Part shown: positions 25,743 through 37,568 of the stretch, piece by piece
Layout of the letters: each line of letters starts with the position of its first letter
Position numbering within the stretch: position 1 is the first letter of the stretch
From: Elsinoe ampelina
Lineage: Eukaryota
NCBI GenBank assembly: GCA_010093995.1
Contig: ML992506.1
Span: 1,037,196 to 1,101,195 of the forward strand
DNA length: 64,000 nucleotides
Direction: 5' to 3'
Position numbers and translations under genes: made by a program
Notes under the pieces: generated by a model
What the model saw: the letters and a program-made list of their open reading frames with translations, nothing else
Told to the model about the DNA's origin: nothing
Database searches by the model: none

Positions 25743-27390
25743 ATGAGCATGAAGGGGGACTTGTTGTTGTTTGGGCAGGGGAGGGTTAAATATGACCTGG
25801 TGCCCGGGGGTGAGGGAGGGGGAAGAGTAGGACGGAAGAAAAGAAAGAAGAAGGTACTCGGTATTGTCATGGCGCTGGTATTGCTTGCTGTTGCTGGGTT
25901 TGCGGTCAAGGGGTGAGTGGTCTTTCTTGTCCTCGTGTACATTGAGAGATACAGGAGGTGTGGACATGTCTGAAGTGTTGGTGTTGACTTGATGCAGGTA
26001 TGCTGCCCCTGCCGCTGCCTCTTGCGACTCTGTCGACAAGGGCTACCAATGCTCGACCGACATCTCCCACAACTGGGGCCAGTACTCGCCTTGGTTCAGT
26101 GTCCCCTCGACCATCTCCACTGCCCTCCCTAGCGGCTGCGAATACCGCACCGTACAAGTCCTCTCCCGCCACGGTGCCCGCGACCCCACCGCCTCCAAGA
26201 CCAAGACCTACAACGCCACCATCACCAAACTCCAGGCCGCTGTCGACACCTTCACCGGCAAATACGCCTTCCTCAACGACTACGTCTACAACCTCGGCGC
26301 CGACCAACTCACGCTCTTCGGCGAGCAACAAATGATCAACTCCGGCATCCACTTCTACAACCGCTACGCCTCACTCGCCCGCAAAGACACCCCCTTCATC
26401 CGGGCCTCAGGCGAAGACCGCGTCGTCGAATCCGCTCTCAACTGGACCCAAGGCTTCCACACCGCCAAATCCAAAACCGAATCCGACAGCTCCTACCCCT
26501 ACCCGCTGCTCACCATCTCCGAAGCCCCCGGCCAAGCCAACCCCCTCAACCACGACCTCTGCACCGCCTTCGAATCCGGGCCCTACAGCACCATCGCCTC
26601 CGACGCGCAATCCAAATGGGCCTCCATCTTCGTGCCCCCCATCCAATCCCGCCTGAACTCCGACCTCGCCACCAACCTCACCACAACGGACATCATCACC
26701 CTCATGGACCTCTGCCCCTTCACCACCGTAGCCTCCCCGACCGGCGTCCCCTCCCCATTCTGCACCCTCTTCACCCCCTCCGAATTCGCCTCGTACGCCC
26801 ACTACGAGTCGCTGAACAAATACTACGGCTACGGCGCCGGCAACCCCCTGGGCCCCACCCAAGGCGTCGGCTTCGCCAACGAACTCATCGCGCGTCTGAC
26901 GGAAAGGCCGGTGCAGGACGACACGAGCACCAACAAGACGCTCGACGCGGACGGGAGGACGTTCCCGTTGGGCAGGAAGGTTTATGCGGATTTTAGCCAT
27001 GATAACGATATGACGGCTGTCATGTTTGCGTTGGGGTTGTTTGAGGGGTTGGCGCCGCTGGCTACGTCGGGGGTTGATACGCTGGGGGAGGGGGCGAGGT
27101 ATAGCGCTGCGAACACGGTGCCGTTTGGGGCGAGGGTTTATGTGGAGTTGATGAGGTGTAAGGAGGAGAAGACGCGGAGGGAGGCCGGGGGGGAAGGGGC
27201 GAAGGGGTTGTGGAAGAGGAAGGACGCGGAGTTGGTGAGGGTTTTGGTGAATGATAGGGTGATGCCGTTGCAGAACTGTGGGGCGGATAAGTTGGGACGG
27301 TGTGAGTTGGGGAAGTGGGTGGAGAGTTTGAAGTTTGCGAGGACCGGGGGGAGGTGGGGGGAGTGTGGGATTAATGGGACGGCGGTGTGA
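25743..27390 (+). CDS. Histidine acid phosphatase / 3-phytase with N-terminal signal-anchor
   Basis: WGQYSPWF, catalytic RHGARDP and YADFSHDN motifs; intron ~25913-25998; exon 1 encodes a basic cluster followed by a hydrophobic helix. Confidence 0.92.
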
Positions 27391-27543
27391 GATTGGATGG
27401 GGAGGGAGGACTAGTCGAGGGGAAGGAAAAGGAAAAGTGGGACAGGCATGGTGGAGCGGTATAGCAAGTCGATATTGATATCATGATTCATGATTTCGTC
27501 AAATGTACAGATGTGTGACTCTCGATATGGTGCTTGAACGTCC

Positions 27544-29139
27544 TCAGATCTTCTGGTCGAGCTTCTTCAACCACTTGTTCACGCCCTTCTCTACTCGCCC
27601 TATCCGGTCATCGAACCTCCCAGGCTTATTCACCCCTGTTGCGTTCGCCTGCTGCTGAGCCTGAGCTTGAGGCCCTTGCTGACCCAATGCGGCAGTTAGG
27701 CTTGCGTGACTACCTATGTGTCCTCCAGGAGCAACCTCGGCCTCAGTGGGCCGGTAGAATTGTTGATGCACCGCTAGGTCTTGCTGTTGCGGCCGCCCTG
27801 TTTGCGGACCCGACGAGTAGGTGTAATTCGAGAAGTTTGACGGAGGCATACCTGCCGAAGGAGGTCCACCCGGCGGTGGAGGCGGGAAACCAGTAGGCGT
27901 CTGCTGAGATGAGTATCCTGGAGTGTGCACAGGCGTGTATTGATTGTATTGCGGTGACTGCATCGGACTGCCATACGGCTGCTGCGGAATGGTAGCATAT
28001 TGTGTCGTCGGCACGGAAGATTGCCGTTGCGGTTGTGGCGGACCAGGAAATGCGCTGGGTGTTTGTGGATGCGAAAGACTCGTTGGAGGAGAGCCGGGCG
28101 GTGGTGGTGGAAACGACCCTGATGCGCCGCCTTGTGATTGGGCAGGAAAGTACGACTGTGGAGGAGTAAAAGCCTGTTGGTGGTAGCCTGTCTGTTGCGT
28201 CTGTTGAGCATATTGCAAATTCGGTTGGTCCATGACTGCAGCAGCTGCCAGACCTGTACCACCAACAGCTTCAGGTGGTGGTGGAGTCTTCTCTCGATGT
28301 GCGATGGGTTCAGGTTTCGACGGCGCAGCAGGGTTATAGGGTGCTGGAGCTGGCGCAGTAGCGGGCGTGGCAGATGTAGACGAGTTCTGATTCGAAGAAC
28401 GAGACTCTCGTCCTGGAATCACGGACTGCGCCGTCGAAGTAGTGTCTGCTCGAGGTCGATACGGATCCGTAATGGCCGCCTGCTCAAGTTGCTGAATCAC
28501 TGGATGGTGGGCATCCTGATGCTCACTGTGCGCGCTATGTGATACAGACGTCTGTCGTGGAGCAGGTATATCCAAGCGCAGTTGCTGTTCCGTGAGGACT
28601 CTCCTGCTCGCATCCACAAACTTTCCAGCATCTTCCGCGGTCCAGAAATAGAGATCCAACGTGTGTAATTTGTACAGGTACTTCTGTTCCCTCCTCATGT
28701 CATGGATGGGCAAAGTCCACAGTGATTGATCGTTGGCTTGGGGCGAAGCTGGCTTCGCTGGTATACCATCCACGGTGACTGTCACAAGGTTCGGCTGCTT
28801 CTGGGCAAATGCGAGGATGATCGTGTCAAGATCTGCGGTTTTATGTCAGTCTTGGATCTCCGGTCTTCATGCAAATGACTCACGGCCACTGAAGGCATCT
28901 TGTTCTGGTGTGCCGGCATGATTTGCTACCTCCAGTCTGCCTCTCCGTTGGATCGGATTATAGAACAAGTAGACGTACGAGCCACGACTGAATCGATCAT
29001 GTTGTGGCTTTGAGCCAGGCGCCTTTACATAGTAGTGTACATCGGCAAAGCTGTGCGACCATGAGCCTAGCTCTCCCTCATCCGATCCGGCACCTTCTTA
29101 CACTGTCAGCAGCAACTCTTCACCGGGCTGCGGCGGCAT
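27544..29139 (-). CDS. Conserved fungal hypothetical protein (Pro/Gln-rich C-terminal half)
   Basis: Three exons reconstruct MPPQPGEELLLTVFADVHYY...GSYVYLF...EVANHAGTPEQDAF, joined to the 413-aa ORF that ends WLKKLDQKI. Confidence 0.8.
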
Positions 29140-29704
29140 CTCTGTGCAATTGCGGTTCTCTCTGGCTGTGCAAGAGATCCAGTATCTGAATGTAGGCTTG
29201 TATGAATTCAATTGACGCTTCGACGTAGTCCGTGCAAAGGTAGTGGAAGACCTGCTCTATACACAGCACAGAGATGAACTTTGATATGAGCGCGAGGAGC
29301 ATCGACGACTGCGACGCGGGCGCATCGGGGATGGCTCGGGTTATGTAGGCGGACACAAGGCCGTATGGTGTCGCACGCGGTCGACAAAGCGGTCCAAGGT
29401 CAGGTCCGGTGTCTGGTAATCGTTGTAGTCCAGGATGGCGTCGGCGCTTACAGCGCCCAATCGCAAGCATAGCACAAGACAAGCCAAGGAAGAAGCGGAG
29501 TACGGAGGTGATGCGCCGGCGGCAGAATCACCCCGTCTCACCGCCTTTGGACCTCGACGCTGCTCTCGCGAGCAAAAGTTCAAGCCATCAGATACTCACC
29601 ACCTCACGCGATACGCTGTCTCCTTCCCAGCTCCGGTCACGCTCCAATCGCCTCCGCCATATCCATTGGCCCTCTTCACTGAGCTCTGGGGCTACACGCC
29701 CACC

Positions 29705-30358
29705 ATGTCCCTCGTCCAGCTCGCCAACGTCTGCTCCCACCTCCAAAACGCATCCCTCGCCCGCCTCGGCCTCACCTCAATCCCCCACTCGCGCATGCAC
29801 CTCAACCTCACCGTGCAACTCCAAAAACAAGGCTTCCTCTCCACCGTCGTCCTCGGCGGACCCGCACCCCCGCGAAAACTCCTCCCGCCCTCCAGCAACC
29901 ACGGCGACCTCCAATTCCAAACCCCCAAAACCCAATCCCCAACCGACGACGACACCACCAGCACAGACGCAGAAGCTGCATTCCCCCTCAACGACCTCTT
30001 CCCCGCGTCCAACCTCTCCCCTTCCTCCCAGCTCCTCTTACGGCAAGAAGCCCACCTCACCCCCTCGCTCGTCACACAAGCCAACCGCGCTTCACGCCGG
30101 TTATGGCTGGGCCTGAAATACTGGGACGGCGAGCCGGTGCTGCGCAAGATGAAGATGCTGAGCAAACCGACGCAGCGGCTGTGGGTGACGCATGAGGATC
30201 TGAGCAAGATTGTGCGGGGCAAGAGGGCGAATTACGTCGAGGGGTTGACGAGGATAGGGGAGTGTTTGTTCATATCGACGGATAAGGGGGTGATGGAGGC
30301 GAGGGAGTGTGTGGAGAGGAAGATTGGGGGGTTGGTGTTGTGTAGGGTTTGGGGGTGA
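29705..30358 (+). CDS. MRPS8: Mitochondrial ribosomal protein uS8m
   Basis: MSLVQLANVCSHLQNAS, RRLWLGLKY, LSKPTQR, STDKGVMEARECVERKIGGLVLCRV. Confidence 0.93.
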   Translation: MSLVQLANVCSHLQNASLARLGLTSIPHSRMHLNLTVQLQKQGFLSTVVLGGPAPPRKLLPPSSNHGDLQFQTPKTQSPTDDDTTSTDAEAAFPLNDLFPASNLSPSSQLLLRQEAHLTPSLVTQANRASRRLWLGLKYWDGEPVLRKMKMLSKPTQRLWVTHEDLSKIVRGKRANYVEGLTRIGECLFISTDKGVMEARECVERKIGGLVLCRVWG

Positions 30359-31092
30359 GGTCGTGATGGTCGCAGAGACTGGGGATCTTTTGGTGGTGTT
30401 CGAATGGGCGCGTCAAAAAGAGGGAGGTCACAGGGAGGCGGAGCAGGGGGTGTGGATGGAATTGCATAGCCTTTTGTCTGGGCATGGTTGAGGGCAGGCA
30501 TGTCTCACGCTTCTATCATGTAAATTATGTCCAAAAGAGCGTCTCAATTCAAGATCGACTTCGAGCAGGAGCCGCATTGGGGCGAATTGGAACCATGCAA
30601 ATATCACACCGCTTCGTCCTGTCACCATTCTCGATTGATTGATCTTATCTGGTGACAACTCTCGACCCATCGACTACCCCGTGATTCGCTCGTGGCCACA
30701 ATACCGCCCTTCTCTCCTCCACTACCCGTCGGGCTTTGCTCTAAGCGCCGACAGCCCAAGTCGGCGTCTGAATCATCAGTTCCACTGCGGACATGCCCAC
30801 GCCCCCACCACCATCCGATTTCCTCTCCACCTCACGAGAACCAGATAGCACATAAGCGTAGCTAGATCATCCTGGCACTTCTCCATGCCGGCTCCTCTTC
30901 ACACCCTCCCTAACCGGCTCCACACAGCCATCGTGTTAGTCCCAAGAAGTCCAAGCACGTTACCCGAAGTGGTGGCTTTCACGTCGTCTCTAGCACGACG
31001 TCACATTTGCGAGAGTAAGATGGGTGTACGAATGCCTTTGTTGATCGGACAAGATGGCGAAGGGCAATGCTCGTAGGTGACCCCTTGCCTGT

Positions 31093-32751
31093 CTACGCTA
31101 TCATCGCGAACGCGGCCAAGACAGAAGCCAGCAGAGCTGACATCCATGGCGTGCTAGAGTACCGCTGCGCCTCGCCAGTGAAGGGAATCCCGGTTGGGCC
31201 ATTTTGCCCGGGAACGTCATTGGTGCTTGCTGGAGAACCGGGTGTGGCTCCAGATGAAGATGGAGAATTCGATCCTTTCTTTACAGCTGCTCCGTCCTCG
31301 AGAGAGCTGGTACCGCTGTAGCCCAGACCGGAAGCGATCCACCTACCTATGTTCGAGACGGCCAATTCGAGAGATCCAACACCACCTTGTTGTCCTGTAC
31401 TAGCTCCACCATCGCCAGAATGTCCTGGCTGGGTGACATGTCTTTCGATGCTGACGGGTATATAAACTCCAAGAGCATTCATGGAGCCTATTCGCGCGAT
31501 CTCCGACAACGGGATGACAACACTTCGGGTTTGCCCCATGCGACTGTTGACAGGTGAAGTAGTGTCAAGTTCTGCGTCTCCTGGCAATGTCATACTGACC
31601 GGTGCGATATGGACCATCCCCAACCCGTCGAGCGAAACGACTCGATCTCGTACGGTGACAGGCGAGCTATCAGGGCGCGCGGTGAAGCCTCCAGGTAGGA
31701 CGAGGTCTGTTACCGTGGAGAAGTGCTCAGAATTGACGAGTATATCCACTGCGTTGCCCGCGACTGCAGCAGCGGGATCGCCTGCAGCATGGTTGGCTAA
31801 CGGGTCCCCGGAGTCGCTTGCTGCAGCATCGTTGACCCTTTCTGATGCAATCTCTCCCAAATTGTTCACCGCATTAACGACAGGTACTGCAGCGGGTTCG
31901 ACTAAGTTCGGTCGAAGAGTTGTTGCAAACCCCGGAGCCGCGGTAATTCGTGGCAAGGACGGCGCAGGAGTTATCACTGGCGCAGCCAAGCGCGGAGTTG
32001 AGGTTGGTACAACATTGGGCACCGTCAAATGACCTCCTGCAGCGGCAGCTGGTACAGTGATAGTTTGAGTGAGAAAGTTCGCATAAGTGAGACTGTTAGG
32101 TGCTGTTTCCCAAAGCAAGTTTGTACAATTCCTAAGTACATCTGCAATCTCAGGGTAGTACTTGGGCAACGATGGCATTTTTGCATAGATAGCGCCTGTC
32201 AAATTCCAATCCTTCTCCGTGTAGACTTTGGCGGTAGATAGATGAGTGGACCACCAGCCATCTGATGTTGGCCAGTACCATTTGAGATAGAACATGTTTC
32301 CAATAGATAGCTCCGTCGTTGGACCTGGGAAAGTGACGGTGTTGCTAGTCCATATTTTATCCTCGTCGTATTTGATGTTTGGCATGGCACCTGTGAAACT
32401 GCAGTCGGTTCCCATGTCGACAGCGTACCGCCAGTCCTTTTGAGAGAAATATGCATCTTGATCGCATGTAATAGATGTCGAAGTCGCACTATGGTTTGCG
32501 GTGACATATACGAACTTAGTCCCCACCGGTGGTGCTGTTGGATTTGGTACCCAGACGTAGTATACCGGACTCATGTGCAGGATACAGGAGTTGGGGTCGA
32601 TCGGGGTGGGTAAGGCCGAAATATTGGAAGACAGCCATGATCCTACTGGGTCACTGGGCGCCGTTATCGTATTGGCGACTGCTGTGGTATTTGCTGCAAA
32701 TCCCCGGTCAGTATGAAACCATGTAAAGATATCGGCTGACTCACACCACAT
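31093..32751 (-). CDS. Putative cell-surface (GPI-like) protein, paralog B of 5114-7177
   Basis: 580-aa ORF containing an in-frame 51-nt intron (32744-32694). Shares WVxNPxxPPxGT, TxPNxLTYANFLT, IGxWIASGLG and PFTG-plus-hydrophobic-tail with paralog A. Start uncertain. Confidence 0.78.
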   Translation of the reverse strand: MWCESADIFTWFHTDRGFAANTTAVANTITAPSDPVGSWLSSNISALPTPIDPNSCILHMSPVYYVWVPNPTAPPVGTKFVYVTANHSATSTSITCDQDAYFSQKDWRYAVDMGTDCSFTGAMPNIKYDEDKIWTSNTVTFPGPTTELSIGNMFYLKWYWPTSDGWWSTHLSTAKVYTEKDWNLTGAIYAKMPSLPKYYPEIADVLRNCTNLLWETAPNSLTYANFLTQTITVPAAAAGGHLTVPNVVPTSTPRLAAPVITPAPSLPRITAAPGFATTLRPNLVEPAAVPVVNAVNNLGEIASERVNDAAASDSGDPLANHAAGDPAAAVAGNAVDILVNSEHFSTVTDLVLPGGFTARPDSSPVTVRDRVVSLDGLGMVHIAPVSMTLPGDAELDTTSPVNSRMGQTRSVVIPLSEIARIGSMNALGVYIPVSIERHVTQPGHSGDGGASTGQQGGVGSLELAVSNIGRWIASGLGYSGTSSLEDGAAVKKGSNSPSSSGATPGSPASTNDVPGQNGPTGIPFTGEAQRYSSTPWMSALLASVLAAFAMIA

Positions 32752-33209
32752 TGTGCTTCCAGTTTTGTTCGGGCGCAGATTGGGGCGATGAAGCCACCAT
32801 AACCAGTGTAGAGGCGGGCCGAGACCCTTATACAATCATTGCAAGGCCATAGCTTGATCGAATCGCGAAGCTCGAGTCAAACCCCTGGTCCGTCCATGGT
32901 TTGTTTGCTGATTGCGATGGCGTACCGTGCTGGGCCGAAAGAGGTGGGAGGTGCGGCTGAACATGATCGCCACAAGCGTGACTTCTTGGCCAATGACCTT
33001 CAGAACCTGACTCTCTCTATAAATGAAAGAATAACCTTGTTCGAATGCTTCCTTGCTTTTAGAGTGCTAGCCCGCGTGATTTTGATCGGGATCATATTGT
33101 CGCCAGAAATTGCGCGATGCGAGATTCGTGGGACATGACCCTCGTGCTGACAAGAAATCCGACCTAAAACCTTGATAGGTTCTGTCATCTCGCAACTGAG
33201 CAGATTGCT

Positions 33210-35303
33210 TTAGCCCGTATCACTAGCGTAGTAGTCATCGTCAGATGGACCTCGACCTTTATCAAGACCTTTCGCGAGACACAGGTCCTTGTGAGACTGC
33301 GGTATATCTTTGCCGAGCATAACATCCGTCCTAGTTGCGAATTGCATCAACAATCCAGCTTCGGCATGCCAATTGATGTGGCAATGGAAACTCCAGAGAC
33401 CAGGATTGTCGGCAACGAATCTCAGTAAGATCCAGCCATAAGCTTCCACACTGGCAGTGTCACGTCTCAGAGGATTGCTGAAATCAAGGCTGTCGTATAA
33501 AGGTTGGATGTTCGCCCGGTCCGGCTCTCTGAAAGGATCCAGCCGAGGAGGCGATCCGTGACCAGAAGCGAGGACAAAGTATTTGTACCCATGGAGATGC
33601 ATTGGATGATTGCCGTCATCAAAATTGTGGATCAAGAGATCGATTGTTTGAACCCCAGAGGTTTGGACCACAAGCTCGTCAGATACCGAGAAGGCGCGAG
33701 AATTGATAAAAGACTGAGGGCCACCGTTCTCGTTCATAGCGTCGTATGTGAAATTGACATTGGACGTTGAGAGCCCTTCCAGAGTTCGATGAAGAGATGG
33801 CGACCGAAGGTCAGGGCGGAATGAAGAAGTATTGAAGAACCCACGAGAGAGTCGGTGGGCGCCTATCTCGAAATTACTACGGATGTAGTAGAATGCATCG
33901 GCCTTGTCTGGTGCCGGCACCTCCTGTACCGGAACGAGTTCGGTAGTGTTCATGTCTCTGCATTCGAGGTCGAGCGCTTCGCCCCAGTCTTTCGAAATAG
34001 GTGTTTCGTGATCAGCATCGAGTTGATCCGACTCATACCGCATCACAACATTGACATCTGGGTCCAACTGTGGTTTCGGTTCCGCGAAACAGGTTGTGAT
34101 CATCCTCGCTCGCATCCAGAACGAGGATCTAGATGTTTTGCTGGTGTGGATCACAGCACTGTATCGTTGAGCTGGATTGATATTGAGTCTGTGGTAGGAT
34201 TTCGGCTGTACATCCGTACCGTCTATCTCTGTGATGGAAAGCTCATGCTCGTCGACCTGAAATTGAAATTCGGCAAAAGCTCCAGTATTGATGATACGGA
34301 GTCGGTGATGAGAATCGGGTCGTAGACTCACTGCTGGAGGATCGAATTCAGCTGTTGAGTTGTCGCATTTTCGATCTGGTACCTTTGAGCAGTCTTGATG
34401 GCCGCGACCATTTATGAGCGCAGCGTCTGGTATAGGCTCCGCGTTCTCCTGGTCTGGTGCGAGATACTGCCTCATCAGCGCTCCGGAAACGTCATAGTAA
34501 TGATCTGAGAGCATGATAACACGATCTGTCTCATATTCAATCTTCTGCATCAATTTCTCCTCCCTGGCATGCACGATAAGGGGACCGAATAGACCATCAG
34601 ATGCCTGTGCCCCAAAATGCCCATGGTACCAGTACGTTCCGGATTGTCCTTCTACCTTGAACTCATAGGTCAGAGACTGACCGGGGGCGATCGGGCATTG
34701 AGTGACGCCCACAGTGCCGTCCATGTGGTTCGTCCCGTTCTGGTACATGCCGTGCCAGTGAATGGAAGTAGCATTAGTCGCATTGTTGATAACCACAACC
34801 CTCAGTGTGTCGCCCTCGTTGAGTTGAACCATTGGGCCCGGGAACTTCCCGTTGATGAGCATCATTGGTCTGAATACTCCATCAGGATTGATCTCAGCGT
34901 CACTGATCGTCCAAGCATAGTCTCGTGTTTGCGTGGGTGCTTCAAGGTCCCAGTTCTGTGATAAGACGTAGTCATCAGGGGATCGAATCCAATCTCGCCT
35001 GGAGCCATGCTCCACTTCTGCATTACCAGCATGGGAGTGTTTGATATCCAGGGAAAAGTTGACTATCACGGGAAGCAGAGCTGTGCAAACGACCAGAAGC
35101 AGGACGAGTTTCCACCACTTGTCGATGAAGCAGGTACGTTGGGGCTCTGCCTTTTCAGCGTCATGCCAATGGTCTTCTGACCGATGCCTCTTTTCCAAAA
35201 GTTGTGTTCTTGAGTCGTCGCTCAGGGAAGCTGATCGGGCCATTTCATCGTCCTGGCTGGATCTGCCACCGTATTCGGCGATATCGGCGGCGTTCATGGT
35301 CAT
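33210..35303 (-). CDS. Multicopper oxidase (laccase-like, AA1) with N-terminal TM anchor
   Basis: All four Cu motifs: HWHG, WYHGH, HPMHLHG, HCHINWHAEAGL; intronless. Confidence 0.95.
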   Translation of the reverse strand: MTMNAADIAEYGGRSSQDDEMARSASLSDDSRTQLLEKRHRSEDHWHDAEKAEPQRTCFIDKWWKLVLLLVVCTALLPVIVNFSLDIKHSHAGNAEVEHGSRRDWIRSPDDYVLSQNWDLEAPTQTRDYAWTISDAEINPDGVFRPMMLINGKFPGPMVQLNEGDTLRVVVINNATNATSIHWHGMYQNGTNHMDGTVGVTQCPIAPGQSLTYEFKVEGQSGTYWYHGHFGAQASDGLFGPLIVHAREEKLMQKIEYETDRVIMLSDHYYDVSGALMRQYLAPDQENAEPIPDAALINGRGHQDCSKVPDRKCDNSTAEFDPPAVSLRPDSHHRLRIINTGAFAEFQFQVDEHELSITEIDGTDVQPKSYHRLNINPAQRYSAVIHTSKTSRSSFWMRARMITTCFAEPKPQLDPDVNVVMRYESDQLDADHETPISKDWGEALDLECRDMNTTELVPVQEVPAPDKADAFYYIRSNFEIGAHRLSRGFFNTSSFRPDLRSPSLHRTLEGLSTSNVNFTYDAMNENGGPQSFINSRAFSVSDELVVQTSGVQTIDLLIHNFDDGNHPMHLHGYKYFVLASGHGSPPRLDPFREPDRANIQPLYDSLDFSNPLRRDTASVEAYGWILLRFVADNPGLWSFHCHINWHAEAGLLMQFATRTDVMLGKDIPQSHKDLCLAKGLDKGRGPSDDDYYASDTG

Positions 35304-36365
35304 GCCTTATTTGAAGGAGCACAGCATCGGGGGTGATACACAGAGGCGGTCCGTGAGGAAAACTTCAAGTCGTAAATGATGGCTGCGTTTCCCTCCACGG
35401 TGCTTTGCCACCCACGAACTGCATTGGTGTATTCCCTACAGCCGATCGCAGCAATGTGCCATCAAAAACGTCGTAAAATTTGTGAAAGATGGCATGTAGC
35501 ATTCCAAAGTGCCTGAACAGGCAAGAAATGCTGCGTGGCCAAATGATTGGATGGACGAGGCTGCAAGTGGTGGCGTGTCCCTTGTGGATACGCGGATGTC
35601 GTCCAACGATCCCATCCACTTTCGAGAAGCTCGTCAAGCTTTGATCTGAATGCTTGATGAATGAAGGGCAGGACCTTGCGAACCTTGGAAGCCGCCACAG
35701 CCGTAGAGAAATGGGCGATGCCAAAGTGCCTGCCTGCCTGGGATGGAAGAAGGTCCCAAAGTTCGAGACCACGTCTGGGCTGGGCGCCAATCATGATCAA
35801 CGTTTGGCGCATGTGATGAGGCTTGATTCAACCCCGAGGAACCTCCTTCTTCAACGGCAAGGGGCCCTGCGACCGTTCAGCCTCTTTTGGCTTTTCTGTC
35901 CTCTGTTTTGCTCGGGTTCTTCTGCCGTAGCGCATGGTCTGTTCTTCCACTACTCTCTTCGAACATGCAAGTAAATTGCACATCGCTTCCAGACGAATTC
36001 AGCAGGACGACCACGAGGTGACACTGGCCAATGACGGCCGAGAGATTGTCGTCTTACGCCCATGGACTCTCCCGATAGTCCTGCGCACGCACGCGTGACC
36101 GCACTGGAGGACCAGACGAATGGCGACGTCAAACCGAAATGGCTACGCAAGCAGTCCGGCAGAGTCGGCGAGCTGCTACTGGTTTTGGTACGTCCAACTT
36201 TTTATTGTCCCACTTCGTCGACCGTGTGGCGTGTAGCTTCGGCCGTCAACGTCTAGCAATAATCGGGACATTGGCAGATGTGCCCGACTACATCTATGGC
36301 CGTATCCCGTTGTTTCGGACATCTGCGCTCTTCTACTTGTGCTCATAACCGCTAACACAAGCAAG

Positions 36366-37568
36366 ATGCTGTCCACTCTCGCTCTGGTGGCGTTCATCCT
36401 TGCAGGTACTGGCATTGCCCAGAACACAGCGACCAGACCTGCAGATGTTTACGCTGCTCAAGCAACAGCCAGAACAGACAGTCCGACAAGCAGCTTGAAG
36501 GGTAGAGCGTTCGACCGCTTTGTACAGGTCTGGCTTGAGAACACGGACTACGAGGCCGCAGCTGCCGATCCAAACTTGTTATGGCTGGCTTCTAAAGGAA
36601 TCAAGCTCACCAACTATTTTGGAGTGACGCATCCTTCTGAACCAAACTATGTCGCTTCAGTCGGTGGCGACAACTTTGGCATGGACAACGACAATTTCAA
36701 CAAAGTCGCATCAAATGTCTCCACCGTCATCGACCTGCTTGAGGAGAAAGGCATTTCTTGGGGCGAGTACCAAGAAGACATGCCATATTCGGGCTTCATG
36801 GGCCAGGCTTGGGTCAACCAAAAGTCCCAGGCTAACGACTACGTTCGCAAACACAATCCCGCTGTCATCTATGATGCCAACATTTCCCTGGATCGTCTCG
36901 CCAGGCAGAAGAACACAACAATGTTTCAACGGGATCTTTCCAGCAACAAGCTTCCTCAATGGATGTTCATAACGCCAAACATGACCTCTGATGGCCACGA
37001 CACGTCCGTCACTACAGCTGGCAAATGGACACGCAAGCTCTTGGAGCCGCTTTTGTCCAACCCCAATTTCATGAAGAGCACTCTCGTCCTTATCACATTC
37101 GATGAAAACCACTCTTACACTCGCGCCAACCGTGTCTTCTCCATCCTCCTTGGCGACGCAGTGCCAACTTCCCTGGTAGGAACATCCGACTCGACCTTCT
37201 ACAACCACTACTCTACTATCGCATCCGTTGAGGCCAACTGGAACCTTCACACCCTTGGCCGATGGGATGTGGGCGCAAACATTTTCGACTTCGTGGCGAA
37301 AGCTACAGGTGACAAGAACAGCGCCTTCACCGCAGCCACAGCGTCACAGCCTACTCGATTTTTGAACGAAAGCTTCGCTGGACCATTCAGCAGCGCTCGT
37401 CGTGCGGGCTATCCGGTTCCTAATGTGGGACTTGTCAGGAATGAGAGGACAGTCTTGCCTGCTATCAAGAACATGTGGGGTGACGCAGCTCTGCAGAAAC
37501 AGAGCTACTATCAGAACACCGTGTCGATACCAGATGGGTTGGCACCTCCACAGGGTTGGTCCACGTAG
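36366..37568 (+). CDS. Secreted acid phosphatase (phosphoesterase family)
   Basis: Signal peptide; WLENTD, THPSEPNY, YVRKHNP, DGHDT, TFDEN, YNHYS. Confidence 0.92.
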   Translation: MLSTLALVAFILAGTGIAQNTATRPADVYAAQATARTDSPTSSLKGRAFDRFVQVWLENTDYEAAAADPNLLWLASKGIKLTNYFGVTHPSEPNYVASVGGDNFGMDNDNFNKVASNVSTVIDLLEEKGISWGEYQEDMPYSGFMGQAWVNQKSQANDYVRKHNPAVIYDANISLDRLARQKNTTMFQRDLSSNKLPQWMFITPNMTSDGHDTSVTTAGKWTRKLLEPLLSNPNFMKSTLVLITFDENHSYTRANRVFSILLGDAVPTSLVGTSDSTFYNHYSTIASVEANWNLHTLGRWDVGANIFDFVAKATGDKNSAFTAATASQPTRFLNESFAGPFSSARRAGYPVPNVGLVRNERTVLPAIKNMWGDAALQKQSYYQNTVSIPDGLAPPQGWST

